From contig JAPLXL010000005.1 in assembly GCA_026396115.1 (NCBI GenBank), forward strand, positions 66,967 to 130,966: a stretch of DNA of 64,000 nucleotides, written 5' to 3'. Below are positions 37,488 through 46,792 of this stretch, in pieces. How positions within the stretch are numbered: the stretch's first letter is position 1; every line of letters begins with the position of its first letter. The notes below the pieces were generated by a model. That model saw nothing but the letters and a program-made list of their open reading frames with translations. It was not told the origin of the DNA and did not search any database. This DNA comes from Candidatus Nealsonbacteria bacterium. GTDB lineage: Bacteria > Patescibacteriota > Minisyncoccia > Minisyncoccales > RBG-13-42-11. Position numbers and translations under genes: made by a program.

Positions 37488-37841
37488 ATGTCTAAAATGA
37501 CTATAAAAGAAGCTCAAGAAATTGTTGATAAGTGGATTAACACAACCGGGGTGCGATATTTTTCTGAACTCACAAATTTAGCTCAATTGGTTGAGGAAGT
37601 AGGTGAGGTTGCTCGAGTTATATCCAGAACTTATGGTGATCAGAGTTTTAAGAAATCAGAAGAGGGCAAAAAATTAGCTGATGAATTGGCGGATGTGCTT
37701 TTTGTACTTATATGTCTTGCCAACCAAACAGGTGTTGATTTAACAGAAGCACTTCAGAGGAATATTGAGAAAAAGACAAAAAGAGACAAGAATCGGCATC
37801 AAAATAATCCAAAATTAAAAAATCAAAACGTCAAAAATTAA
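37488..37841 (+). CDS. MazG-like nucleotide pyrophosphohydrolase
   Basis: LVEEVGEVAR, ELADVLF. Confidence 0.92.
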   Translation: MSKMTIKEAQEIVDKWINTTGVRYFSELTNLAQLVEEVGEVARVISRTYGDQSFKKSEEGKKLADELADVLFVLICLANQTGVDLTEALQRNIEKKTKRDKNRHQNNPKLKNQNVKN

Positions 37842-37859
37842 TTGAGAAATAATAAAAAT

Positions 37860-38447
37860 ATGGCAGAAGTTAAAGTTTTAATTGAAGGTTATACAACAGC
37901 CGATTCAGTATCCTCAAGCGGAGAAGAAAAAACATGCCCAACAATTACATTGGTGAGAGACGGAGATATTATTATGGTTGTTGACCCAGGAGTATTAGAA
38001 AATCAAAAAATGTTGGTTGATAAATTAAAAAAAGAAGGCCTAACAATAGATGATGTGAATGTTGTTTGTATAACCCATTCTCACATTGATCATTATAGGA
38101 ATATAGGCATGTTCCCTGAAGCAAAGACATTAGAATATTTTGGTTTATGGGACAGAAACACAGTGGAGGACTGGAAAGAACAATTTACAGAAAACATCCG
38201 GATTATAAAAACGCCGGGTCATAATTATGATTCAATAACTCTTCTTGTTAAAACAGATAATGGTATTGTCGCTATATGTGGAGATGTTTTTTGGAAAGAA
38301 GATTTCCCCAAAGACGATCCTTATGCTTCGGATAAAGAAAAGTTAGAAGAGAGCCGTAAGAAAGTTTTAGAAATGGCAGATTATATAATTCCTGGTCACG
38401 GAAAGATGTTTAAAGTTAAAAATAATCAAAATTTAGACCGAAGCTAA
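37860..38447 (+). CDS. Metallo-beta-lactamase fold hydrolase
   Basis: THSHIDH, TPGH, GD, PGHG. Confidence 0.92.
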   Translation: MAEVKVLIEGYTTADSVSSSGEEKTCPTITLVRDGDIIMVVDPGVLENQKMLVDKLKKEGLTIDDVNVVCITHSHIDHYRNIGMFPEAKTLEYFGLWDRNTVEDWKEQFTENIRIIKTPGHNYDSITLLVKTDNGIVAICGDVFWKEDFPKDDPYASDKEKLEESRKKVLEMADYIIPGHGKMFKVKNNQNLDRS

Positions 38448-38577
38448 ATTTGTTTAGGCTGAGCCTAAACTTGGAGCCCATTTCAAAGGATAGTCGATTG
38501 AGAGGATTAGTTTCTTTAGATTTGCATAGTTTTGCATACTATTTGCATAGTTTTGATTTTTTTGGTATGATTATTTT

Positions 38578-39297
38578 ATGGATAAGGAACTTTTAACCAT
38601 TGGCGAAGCCGCTGAATTTCTAGGTGTTTCTATCGATACATTGAGACGCTGGGATAAAAGCGGTAAGTTAGTTGCGACTCGAAAAGAGGGAGGAACGCAC
38701 CGGTATTATTTGAAAGGGGATCTGGCGCTTTTTTCTAGCGACTTATTGAAATTGGCAAAGGATTGGGCTTTTTCCGGAGGAGATATACCTCCAGAGTTTT
38801 ATTGCTCAAATAGCGCGATTTTCCAGGCAAGATTGTTGAGAATGCAGGATGTGCTTATAGCTTCTAAGAAAGCTGATAAGATTTTTTCTCTTATTGTCGC
38901 AGTGACCGGTGAGATCGGTAATAATTCTTATGATCATAATCTTGGTAATTGGCCTGACATGGCTGGAGTATTTTTTGGTTATGATATTAATAAAGGCACC
39001 ATTGTCTTAGCGGATCGGGGATTGGGTATTCTTGGAACATTAAGAAGGGTAAGACCTTCGCTTGCTAATCATCAAGACGCTCTTTTAGTTGCCTTCACAG
39101 AAATGATTTCTGGCCGAGCGCCTGAGAATCGTGGAAATGGTTTAAAGTTTGTTCGTAAGATTATTTCGGAGAACCCCATTGATCTGTTCTTCCAGAGCGG
39201 CGATGCTGAATTAAAAATGAAAGGCAATAATCCAAAGTTGGATATAGGGAAATCCAAGACCAATATTATAGGATGCTTTGCAATTATTAACTTTTAA
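38578..39297 (+). CDS. MerR/Xis-type HTH fused to a histidine-kinase-like ATPase domain
   Basis: LTIGEAAEFLGVSIDTLRRW; EIGNNSYDH, DRGLGI, RGNGL. Confidence 0.85.
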   Translation: MDKELLTIGEAAEFLGVSIDTLRRWDKSGKLVATRKEGGTHRYYLKGDLALFSSDLLKLAKDWAFSGGDIPPEFYCSNSAIFQARLLRMQDVLIASKKADKIFSLIVAVTGEIGNNSYDHNLGNWPDMAGVFFGYDINKGTIVLADRGLGILGTLRRVRPSLANHQDALLVAFTEMISGRAPENRGNGLKFVRKIISENPIDLFFQSGDAELKMKGNNPKLDIGKSKTNIIGCFAIINF

Positions 39298-39307
39298 TCT
39301 CAAAAGT

Positions 39308-39577
39308 ATGATTATTGAACTAAAAAAATTTGGGAATACTCTCATATCAAGGCAGGCCGGACGAGAAGCATTTGCCGCATTTCAGCCGACCTTGCGCGAT
39401 GTTAATCCGGCAGAAAAGCTTGAGATAGATTTTGAAGGTGTTTTAACGTTTTCTCCCTCATGGGCGGATGAGTTTCTTACCCCGCTTATAAAAGAATTTG
39501 GCGATCGAGTTATTCTGCGTACTACCGATAATCCTTCTGTAAAGGCAACGTTGGAGATCTTGGAAAAAAGGAATTAA
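39308..39577 (+). CDS. STAS-like (DUF4325) protein
   Basis: LISRQAG, IDFEGV..SPSWADE. Confidence 0.8.
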   Translation: MIIELKKFGNTLISRQAGREAFAAFQPTLRDVNPAEKLEIDFEGVLTFSPSWADEFLTPLIKEFGDRVILRTTDNPSVKATLEILEKRN

Positions 39578-39642
39578 TTGAGAAATAAAATTAACTAATC
39601 AATTTTAGCCAAAGCATTTAAAGGAGAAATATAAAACAAGCT

Positions 39643-40395
39643 ATGTTTAAAGCTAAAACAGATAAAATTTTCAAATTATCACAAGAGCATGCCGAAGTTG
39701 TAAAAGAATTAGAAGGAACTTTCGGCAAAAGAACGAATATCTATATTGATTTTGCAAATGTTATCCGTTGGCAGGAAAAACTCAATTGGCATATTGATTT
39801 AAAAAGATTAAAACAATTTTTCGATTCTTTTGATACAATAAATTTAGTTAAATTTTATAGCGGTACATTAGTTGGAAATATAGCATCTGAGAAATTTATA
39901 GAAGAGATAAGAAGTATGAAATACGATGTTCACACAAAACCAGTAAAAATAATGAAATTATCAATTGATGTTTCCAGTATTCCTGCAAATTCACCCGCAC
40001 TGCTTGAAAATTTTATAAGAAAACCGTTATTAAAAGAATTTAATCTTGAGACAATAGAATATTTGAATAAAAAACTTAAAGAATTAAACGATAAAGGCAT
40101 CAAATTTATTCAAGATAAAAAGTGCAATTTTGATGTAGAAATCGGGAGAGATATGCTTATTGACTATGAGAGAAACGACATTGATAATTTTATTTTATGG
40201 AGTGGTGATAGTGATTTTGCGGATCCAGTAAGTCAGCTTTTAAAAGACGGAAAGAAGGTTGTCATTTTCGGCACTGCAAGGAGAATTTCGCCAGAACTTT
40301 CAAATACTGGCGCTCAAATATTTGAAATTAAAAAGATAAAAGAATTTATTTGTTGGCCCAGAGAAAGCCAAAAGGACCCATTGCTGGGCCCTTAA
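39643..40395 (+). CDS. NYN (PIN-fold) nuclease
   Basis: IYIDFAN, KCNFDVE, SGDSDF, GKKV. Confidence 0.88.
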   Translation: MFKAKTDKIFKLSQEHAEVVKELEGTFGKRTNIYIDFANVIRWQEKLNWHIDLKRLKQFFDSFDTINLVKFYSGTLVGNIASEKFIEEIRSMKYDVHTKPVKIMKLSIDVSSIPANSPALLENFIRKPLLKEFNLETIEYLNKKLKELNDKGIKFIQDKKCNFDVEIGRDMLIDYERNDIDNFILWSGDSDFADPVSQLLKDGKKVVIFGTARRISPELSNTGAQIFEIKKIKEFICWPRESQKDPLLGP

Positions 40396-40627
40396 GCTTT
40401 AGATTTTTGGTTAATTTTCGTTAACCAATTTTAATATATCAAAATGAATAATGTCTGTCAATAGTGACACATTGTGGATAATTTTCAATTTAAATAATCA
40501 AAATTTAGCCCATATTAAAGAAAAAAATTAAGAACGCAAACCGCCCATCGCTGGGCAATTTTTATTTTCGCCCGAGAGTTTTTCCCGGGTTTTTGTTTTG
40601 CGGGCGATAAAGCTATAATAAAATAAT

Positions 40628-42073
40628 ATGAATTCTCTCAAAGATCATCGTACCAATTGGATACACATTTTAATTTGGGTGGTTTTAGTCTCGATCGTTG
40701 GCGGAGGAATTTTAGTTTATACGATGAAGGGACCAGAAAAAGAAGTTAAAGAAAAAAAACCGCCAAGCATTGGTGAATTAGAAAAAGAAGTTTTAGCTAC
40801 CAGCTACAAAAAAGAATATACATATGTGGGTAAACCGGAAGGAATGGTAAAGTTAGTGATAAAGAACAATTTAAATAAAAGCATTTGTTTTGAATCTTGT
40901 AATACTTATTATCCTCTCCAGAAAAAAGATACACGCTGGAAAAATGTTTATGAAAAAGCTTGTGAGATAAACCCTGTTAAAGAATGTATCAGCCCAAATG
41001 AAACTAAAATATTCGAATACGTTACTATTTGGAAAGAAAAGGGAATTTTCAAGTTCGCAGTTCCTGTTTGTGTTGATTGCGAGAACTTGATGAATTCGAG
41101 TTTCCGAGAAGATGGAATAATCTACTCCAACGAATTCACGGTTACAAAATTAAATGTTACAGAAGAAACGAATCTATCGTTAAAGGTTGAAATAGACCAG
41201 AATGACATCTCTTCCTACAGAGATTTTATCGAAAACAACAAGCAATATCAGAAACCAATATCAATGACTGAATTGCGGCGTCAAATTGAGAATGCCAGGG
41301 CCTATCTCGAAACTAATCCTTCGGGCAAGATTACTGATGATTTGAGAGAAAAAATTATTGAGGAATTAAACATAGGCTTTCTATTAGACGGACTTACCGA
41401 GAGAGAATTAGCAGTAACTACCGTTGCTTCGCAAGAGTATGAAGAATATATTGAAAAAGAATTGTTATTTGAAGACCCGCAAGTTGGAACTTTTTCTGCT
41501 CTACTTTTGATTCCTAAAGAGAATAAATCATATCCGGCAATTGTGGGCTTACATGGTCATGGCGATAATAACTATATTTTCAGAGACAAGTATCTTGGTA
41601 AAGAATTGGCAAAAGAAGGATTTGTAGTAATCATGCTTTCATTCAGGGCTATGTTTTGCGATGAAATAGAAAACAATATCAGCGAAGAATTGCTTTCGAA
41701 TAACTTTAGTTTAATGGGGCTGAGAGTTTATGAGACACTACTTCTGATAAAATATCTGAAATACAATGATTTTGTTGATGAGTCCAGGATAGGTATTATG
41801 GGCCATTCCGGCGGCAGTGATACGGCAAATTTAGTTTCAAGAATAAGCCCTGATATCAAGGCAGGAATTTATGATTTTGACACAGATATGCTTAATGTTT
41901 GTGGTGAGAGAGGAATTCATTGCGAAACAAACCCGGGTCTGGGCTATTATAATCCTCAAATAAATGACCGTTCTACATTAGGGTTTCCCTTTCGCATGTT
42001 TGAGTATGGTTATCCTGGCGAAAATGATAAACAGGAAGTAATAGAATTCTTTAAAGAAAAACTAGGGGAATGA
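40628..42073 (+). CDS. Membrane-anchored Ig-like plus alpha/beta hydrolase
   Basis: PAIVGLHGH, VDESRIGIMGHSGG nucleophile elbow. Confidence 0.8.
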   Translation: MNSLKDHRTNWIHILIWVVLVSIVGGGILVYTMKGPEKEVKEKKPPSIGELEKEVLATSYKKEYTYVGKPEGMVKLVIKNNLNKSICFESCNTYYPLQKKDTRWKNVYEKACEINPVKECISPNETKIFEYVTIWKEKGIFKFAVPVCVDCENLMNSSFREDGIIYSNEFTVTKLNVTEETNLSLKVEIDQNDISSYRDFIENNKQYQKPISMTELRRQIENARAYLETNPSGKITDDLREKIIEELNIGFLLDGLTERELAVTTVASQEYEEYIEKELLFEDPQVGTFSALLLIPKENKSYPAIVGLHGHGDNNYIFRDKYLGKELAKEGFVVIMLSFRAMFCDEIENNISEELLSNNFSLMGLRVYETLLLIKYLKYNDFVDESRIGIMGHSGGSDTANLVSRISPDIKAGIYDFDTDMLNVCGERGIHCETNPGLGYYNPQINDRSTLGFPFRMFEYGYPGENDKQEVIEFFKEKLGE

Positions 42074-42077
42074 AAAT

Positions 42078-42620
42078 ATGAAAACTAAAATTTTTGGAGG
42101 TAAGAAAATTACAATAAAGAAACTTTCAAAAAAAGATTTAAGAAATGCTAAAGAGTTTCAGGATTTTATTAATTCTTTGATTGAAGAAAAAGCTCAGATT
42201 TTACTTAATAAAAAATTATCGTTAAAAGAAGAAAAAGAATGGTTAAAAAGACGATTAGGACAAATTAAAAACCAAAAAACAGTTTTTCTATTGGCAGAAT
42301 GCGACAATAAGATCATTGGAACTACCGGCATTGATTTGGGCAGGGGGCGAGAAAACCACGTGGGAAACTTTGGAATCACCATCAGAAACGGTTATCGAGG
42401 AATTGGCTTGGGAAAGCATTTAATGAAAGAAATACTTAAATTGGCCAAAAAAGAATTACAGCCCAAACCAAAAATCATTAGATTAAGCGTTTTCTCCACT
42501 AATAAGCCGGCTATCGGGCTTTACAAAAAATACGGCTTCAAAAAAGCAGCCAGAATCCCAAAGCAACTCCAAGATAAAGGAAAACTATTAGATGAAATAA
42601 TAATGCTTTTAGAATTATGA
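42078..42620 (+). CDS. GNAT acetyltransferase
   Basis: YRGIGLG, NKPAIGLYKKYGF. Confidence 0.92.
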   Translation: MKTKIFGGKKITIKKLSKKDLRNAKEFQDFINSLIEEKAQILLNKKLSLKEEKEWLKRRLGQIKNQKTVFLLAECDNKIIGTTGIDLGRGRENHVGNFGITIRNGYRGIGLGKHLMKEILKLAKKELQPKPKIIRLSVFSTNKPAIGLYKKYGFKKAARIPKQLQDKGKLLDEIIMLLEL

Positions 42621-42672
42621 AAAGAGAAATTGATGTATTAGTAAGGGCAATTATTGAAATAATCTGAAAACA

Positions 42673-43638
42673 ATGAAAACTAAAGAAATAAAAACCCGCG
42701 AATTAAACGCTGGAAAATTTATAAAAGAAAAAATAGAAGAAATATCAAAAACAGTAGGAAGTAATTCTGCCATTACTGCTTTGTCTGGCGGCGTAGACTC
42801 TTCGACCGCTACTCTGTTGGGGCACAAAGCATTGGGCGAGAAGCTCAAAGTAGTTTTCATTGACAATGGTTTAATGCGAGAGAATGAACCGCAAAAAGTG
42901 GCTTCAATGTTCGAAGAATTAGGGATTCTTGTTGAGATAATCGATGCCAAAAAACAATTCTTCAATGCCTTGAAAGGCGTTACTGATCCGGAACAAAAAC
43001 GAGAAGTTGTTACCCGAACTTTTTATAAAAAGATTTTTGCTAAATTAGTTAGAGAAAGTGGAGCAAAATGTCTTTTACAAGGAACCATTTTAACCGATAT
43101 AGAGGAAACCATTGCTGGCATCAAAAGACAGCATAATGTCTTTGAACAATTGGGTATTGATCCTGAAAAAGCATTTGGATACAAAATTATAGAACCGTTA
43201 AGACAGCTTCGCAAAGATGGTGTAAGAAAGATTGCCAAGGTTTTGGGTCTGCCAAAATCAATATATGAGAGAATGCCTTTCCCCGGGCCAGCTCTGGCCG
43301 CCAGAATAATTGGAGAAGTGACCCCCGAGAGAATAAAAATAATAAGAAAGGCAACTGCCATCGTGGAAGAAGAATTAAAAGAAACTGGTGCCTTCCAATA
43401 CTTGGCAATTTTACACCATGACCGAGTCACCGGAATAAGAAATAGGAAAAGAGATTTTGGACTCCAAATTGAAATCAGATGTTGGGAAAGTGTTGACGCG
43501 AGAACGGCAGCGCCAACCAGGTTGCCCTACGATATCTTAGAAACGTTGGCAAAAAGAATGACAAATGAAGTCCCCGGTGTGGTAAGTGTAACTTATAATA
43601 TAACATCAAAACCGCCTTCAACCATGGAAGCTATTTAA
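42673..43638 (+). CDS. guaA: GMP synthase ATP-pyrophosphatase subunit (no glutaminase domain)
   Basis: ALSGGVDSS, IDNGLMR, LQGT, IKRQHNV, PFPGPALAAR, YNITSKPPSTME. Confidence 0.92.
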   Translation: MKTKEIKTRELNAGKFIKEKIEEISKTVGSNSAITALSGGVDSSTATLLGHKALGEKLKVVFIDNGLMRENEPQKVASMFEELGILVEIIDAKKQFFNALKGVTDPEQKREVVTRTFYKKIFAKLVRESGAKCLLQGTILTDIEETIAGIKRQHNVFEQLGIDPEKAFGYKIIEPLRQLRKDGVRKIAKVLGLPKSIYERMPFPGPALAARIIGEVTPERIKIIRKATAIVEEELKETGAFQYLAILHHDRVTGIRNRKRDFGLQIEIRCWESVDARTAAPTRLPYDILETLAKRMTNEVPGVVSVTYNITSKPPSTMEAI

Positions 43639-43670
43639 CCTTAAATCGAAGAATTAATTGAGAAAAAATT

Positions 43671-44183
43671 ATGGATATAAAAGAAGTTATTCAAAAAAGA
43701 TATAGTTGCCGGAGCTATAAAGATACTCCGGTGTCGGAGGAGAAATTAAAAAGTATTCTTGAGGCAGCCCAGCTTGCTCCTTCAGCTTCAAATCGTCAGC
43801 CATATAAATTTATTATTGTCAAAGATAAAGGAAAAAGAGAAAAATTAGCTGAAGCAGCTGGTCAAAGTTTTATTGCTGAAGCGCCAATTGTCATTGCCGG
43901 TGTTTCTTTAGAACCAGAAAGAATAATGAGTTGCGAAGTTCCAACTTATGCAGTTGATATAGCAATTGCAATGGAACATATAGCTCTTCAAGCTTGCGCA
44001 GAGGGTCTTGGAAGCTGTTGGATAGGAGCTTTTTCACAACAAGAAGCAAAAAAGATTCTCGGAGTTCCGGAAGAATATAAAGTAGTTGCTTTAATGCCTA
44101 TTGGTTATTCTGCAGATTTTCAAGGGTTAAAAGAGAAAAAGGATTTAGAAGAGCTCGCCGATTATGAAAAGTTTAAAATTTGA
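43671..44183 (+). CDS. Nitroreductase family protein
   Basis: RYSCRSY, APSASNRQP, GLGSCWIG. Confidence 0.92.
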   Translation: MDIKEVIQKRYSCRSYKDTPVSEEKLKSILEAAQLAPSASNRQPYKFIIVKDKGKREKLAEAAGQSFIAEAPIVIAGVSLEPERIMSCEVPTYAVDIAIAMEHIALQACAEGLGSCWIGAFSQQEAKKILGVPEEYKVVALMPIGYSADFQGLKEKKDLEELADYEKFKI

Positions 44184-44197
44184 CACTGGATAAGGAA

Positions 44198-44713
44198 ATG
44201 AAACCGTTTTCCAAAAACATTATATTTTTAGACACAGAATTCTCAAGCTTAGACCCTTATAGAGGAGAAATACTTTCTATAGGTTTAGTGAAATTAGATG
44301 GTAAGGAATTGTATATAGAATTAAAGCATAACGGTGAAGTTGATGAGTGGGTAGAAAAAAATATTATTCCTAGTCTTAAAAAGCCCAAAGTGAGCAGAGA
44401 AGAAGCTGTAGAGAGAATTAAAGAATTCATTGGTGATACAGAGCCATATATGGTTGGATACGTTAATCAGTTTGATGCAATTTATTGGCATAAATTATTC
44501 GGTATTGAAAACAATCCTTGCCATTGGATACCCATTGATTTTGCCTCTATATTGTTCGCTTCAGGAATAAATCCTGAAAGGTATAATTGTGAAAATAAAA
44601 ATAATTTTTACAAAGAAATAGGCATTGACCATAGCAAATACAGAAAACACCATGCCTTAGATGATGCTAAACTTTTAAGAGAAGTTTATTTGAGATTTGT
44701 TGAGGATAAATAA
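44198..44713 (+). CDS. DEDDh 3'-5' exonuclease
   Basis: FLDTEF, FD, HHALDDA. Confidence 0.9.
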   Translation: MKPFSKNIIFLDTEFSSLDPYRGEILSIGLVKLDGKELYIELKHNGEVDEWVEKNIIPSLKKPKVSREEAVERIKEFIGDTEPYMVGYVNQFDAIYWHKLFGIENNPCHWIPIDFASILFASGINPERYNCENKNNFYKEIGIDHSKYRKHHALDDAKLLREVYLRFVEDK

Positions 44714-44846
44714 TCTGGGGACTGTCCCAGGGAAAAAAAGTAATATCGCTAGGAAATTTTTATTTGATTTTTCATAGACAGGTGACATAGTATAGATAGC
44801 TCTTTTAAAAATTTTAAATTTAGTAGAGAAGGGAGAGGAAAGAACT

Positions 44847-45095
44847 ATGAAGAAAATTGCTGATTATTGTGAATTGTTAAAGCCTAAAGAAAAGGAGGGA
44901 GTCCCAATGACTAAAAAAGAAATTCCTTTGACGCTCTTTACAAAGGAACAAAAAATGAGAATTTGGCAGGTAATTCACGCTAATACGCAAGAAGGTGACC
45001 GTCGTCCTTCTGAAGTTGTTGCTGATGCGCCATATAATGGTAACGAAGAAAAATATTTGCGCGAAATGGCGCAATGGCACAAAGTAGCTCTTTAG
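44847..45095 (+). CDS. Small hypothetical protein (alternative start 44907)
   Basis: Promoter and SD present; terminator hairpin at about 45108-45160. Confidence 0.5.
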   Translation: MKKIADYCELLKPKEKEGVPMTKKEIPLTLFTKEQKMRIWQVIHANTQEGDRRPSEVVADAPYNGNEEKYLREMAQWHKVAL

Positions 45096-45220
45096 TACAA
45101 TTTTGGTCCCGGCGAGATTTCTAGCTAAAAGTTTCCAGCTAAAAGTCTTGTCGGGCTTTTTATTTTATGAGCGGGATATCAGATGGGCAATCGGACGGTT
45201 TTTTGATAGAATAAATAATT

Positions 45221-46021
45221 ATGACAAAAAATAAAAATATAACTTGGTCGTATAATAACTATGCAGAAAAATGGGCGAAGAGAATGCGCGAAGGAGGAGA
45301 TAGCGCTCATAGATATTTAGAGAAACCCGCTATGTACGGCAAACTCCCCAATTTAAAAAATAAATCAGTCCTTTGCATAGGATGCGGCACAGGGGAAGAA
45401 TGTAATTATATTAAATCTTTAGGAGTTAAAAAAATAGCAGGGATTGATATTTCAAAGAGATTAATTGGTTATGCCAAAAAGAATTATCCTGATATAGAAT
45501 TTCACACTATGGACATGGAAAAGCTTAATTTTCCAAAATCAAGTTTTGATTTTGTTTATTCCAGCTTAGGGCTCCATTATCTTAAGAATTGGACAAAGGT
45601 GTTAAGAAATGTATCTAAAGTATTGAAGAAAAATGGAACCTTTTTATTTTCTACTCATCATCCAATGAGGTGGGGAGCAGAAAAAAAGAGAGCCGGGATA
45701 ACAAAAAAGAGATCCAAAGATAAAAGATGGGTTTTAATGGGGTATGTTAAATATAATGATGAGAAAAAATATAAAGTTTACGGAGATTATCTTAATGCAA
45801 GAAAAGTTAAAGACATATGGTTTGATGAATTTAAAATTAGTTATTATCATAAACCATTATCGTTAATCATAAAGGAAATTCTTAACTCTGGCTTTAAAAT
45901 TGTTGATTTTATTGAACCAAAGCCTATTAATTCTGCAAAAAATAAGGATAGAAGATTTTGGGAGATTCATCGGAAAATTCCCTTGTTTATAATTTTTGAA
46001 TTGAAAAAAGATAAAAAATAA
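45221..46021 (+). CDS. Class I SAM-dependent methyltransferase
   Basis: VLCIGCGTG, GIDIS, FDFVYS, LKKNG.F.FS..HP. Confidence 0.9.
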   Translation: MTKNKNITWSYNNYAEKWAKRMREGGDSAHRYLEKPAMYGKLPNLKNKSVLCIGCGTGEECNYIKSLGVKKIAGIDISKRLIGYAKKNYPDIEFHTMDMEKLNFPKSSFDFVYSSLGLHYLKNWTKVLRNVSKVLKKNGTFLFSTHHPMRWGAEKKRAGITKKRSKDKRWVLMGYVKYNDEKKYKVYGDYLNARKVKDIWFDEFKISYYHKPLSLIIKEILNSGFKIVDFIEPKPINSAKNKDRRFWEIHRKIPLFIIFELKKDKK

Positions 46022-46024
46022 ACT

Positions 46025-46171
46025 ATGGCAGAATTAAAAATTCTTCCTTATTATCAAAAATTCTTAAAAGACTTTAAAAAAGAAAAGAGTAAAATCTCCA
46101 AAGTCATTAAAAATATTGAAATCCATCATATCGGAAGCACAGCTGTTCCCGGCTTAGGCGGTAAGGGATAA
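46025..46171 (+). pseudogene. Truncated GrpB-family nucleotidyltransferase
   Basis: 48 codons ending IEIHHIGSTAVPGLGGKG-stop. Confidence 0.8.
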
Positions 46172-46489
46172 CAAAATGACAAAAGAATTGCTCAGGGAGA
46201 TTATTGTTAAACGAAGAAGATTGTTTAGTAAATAAAGCCTATCGTTAGGAAATTTTTTTTCAATTGACGATAAGAATTAAATATTATATACTAAAAATAC
46301 TCTAATAAAAGGTATTTTTAACTAGCTCTTTTAAAAATTTTAAATTTAGTAGAGAAAGGGGAGGAAAGAACTATAAAGAAAATTGCTGATTATTGTGAAT
46401 TGTTAGAGCCTAAAGAAAAGGAGGTCTGAAAATGAAAATAGCAAAAAATAGTTCTTTTAATTGAGAAAAATTGAAAGGAGGATTTAAAA

Positions 46490-46777
46490 ATGCTGGTAAG
46501 ATTGAATAAGGTTAAGATAGGAGACAAGTTTATGTTTTCTAGTGATGTAGAAAAAAAGCTGAGAATCCATGGGACTTTTAGAGCTTCCGTTCCGTACACC
46601 AATGACAAAATTCTGATTAGGAAAGAGTCGTCGAAAAAAGGTTATTTGCTTGAATACTTTAAAACAGGTACTTTACTGAAAGATGTCAAAACAGGACAAG
46701 TGTGGAAGTTTCCAAATGAGGTATTAGGCATTGTTAATCAAATATTGTTGTTGAATAATGAGAGACTAGTTGGTTGA
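46490..46777 (+). CDS. Hypothetical protein
   Basis: AAGGAGG SD; 95 aa. Confidence 0.6.
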   Translation: MLVRLNKVKIGDKFMFSSDVEKKLRIHGTFRASVPYTNDKILIRKESSKKGYLLEYFKTGTLLKDVKTGQVWKFPNEVLGIVNQILLLNNERLVG

Positions 46778-46792
46778 AAGGAGATAAAAAAA

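Larger units (their letters stand above)
28773..43670 (+). repeat. Junction repeat family B
   Basis: TAATCAAAATTTAGnCCGAAGTTGA near 33685, 34520, 35313, 36483, 38423, 39596 and 40495; AAAAAGTCGRAGAATTAATTGAGAAATAAAA near 28773, 30108, 34854, 37455, 37825, 39570 and 43643. Confidence 0.85.
44797..46424 (+). repeat. 102-bp direct repeat of a leader module (44797-44898 and 46323-46424)
   Basis: TAGCTCTTTTAAAAATTTTAAATTTAGTAGAGAA...GATTATTGTGAATTGTTA(A/G)AGCCTAAAGAAAAGGAGG in both copies. Confidence 0.9.

Noticed and set aside
2717..46424. Canonical integron
   Set aside because: No IntI-like integrase or attI in the window, and the right-hand box is G(G/A)TAGAA rather than GTTRRRY; reported only as cassette-like.
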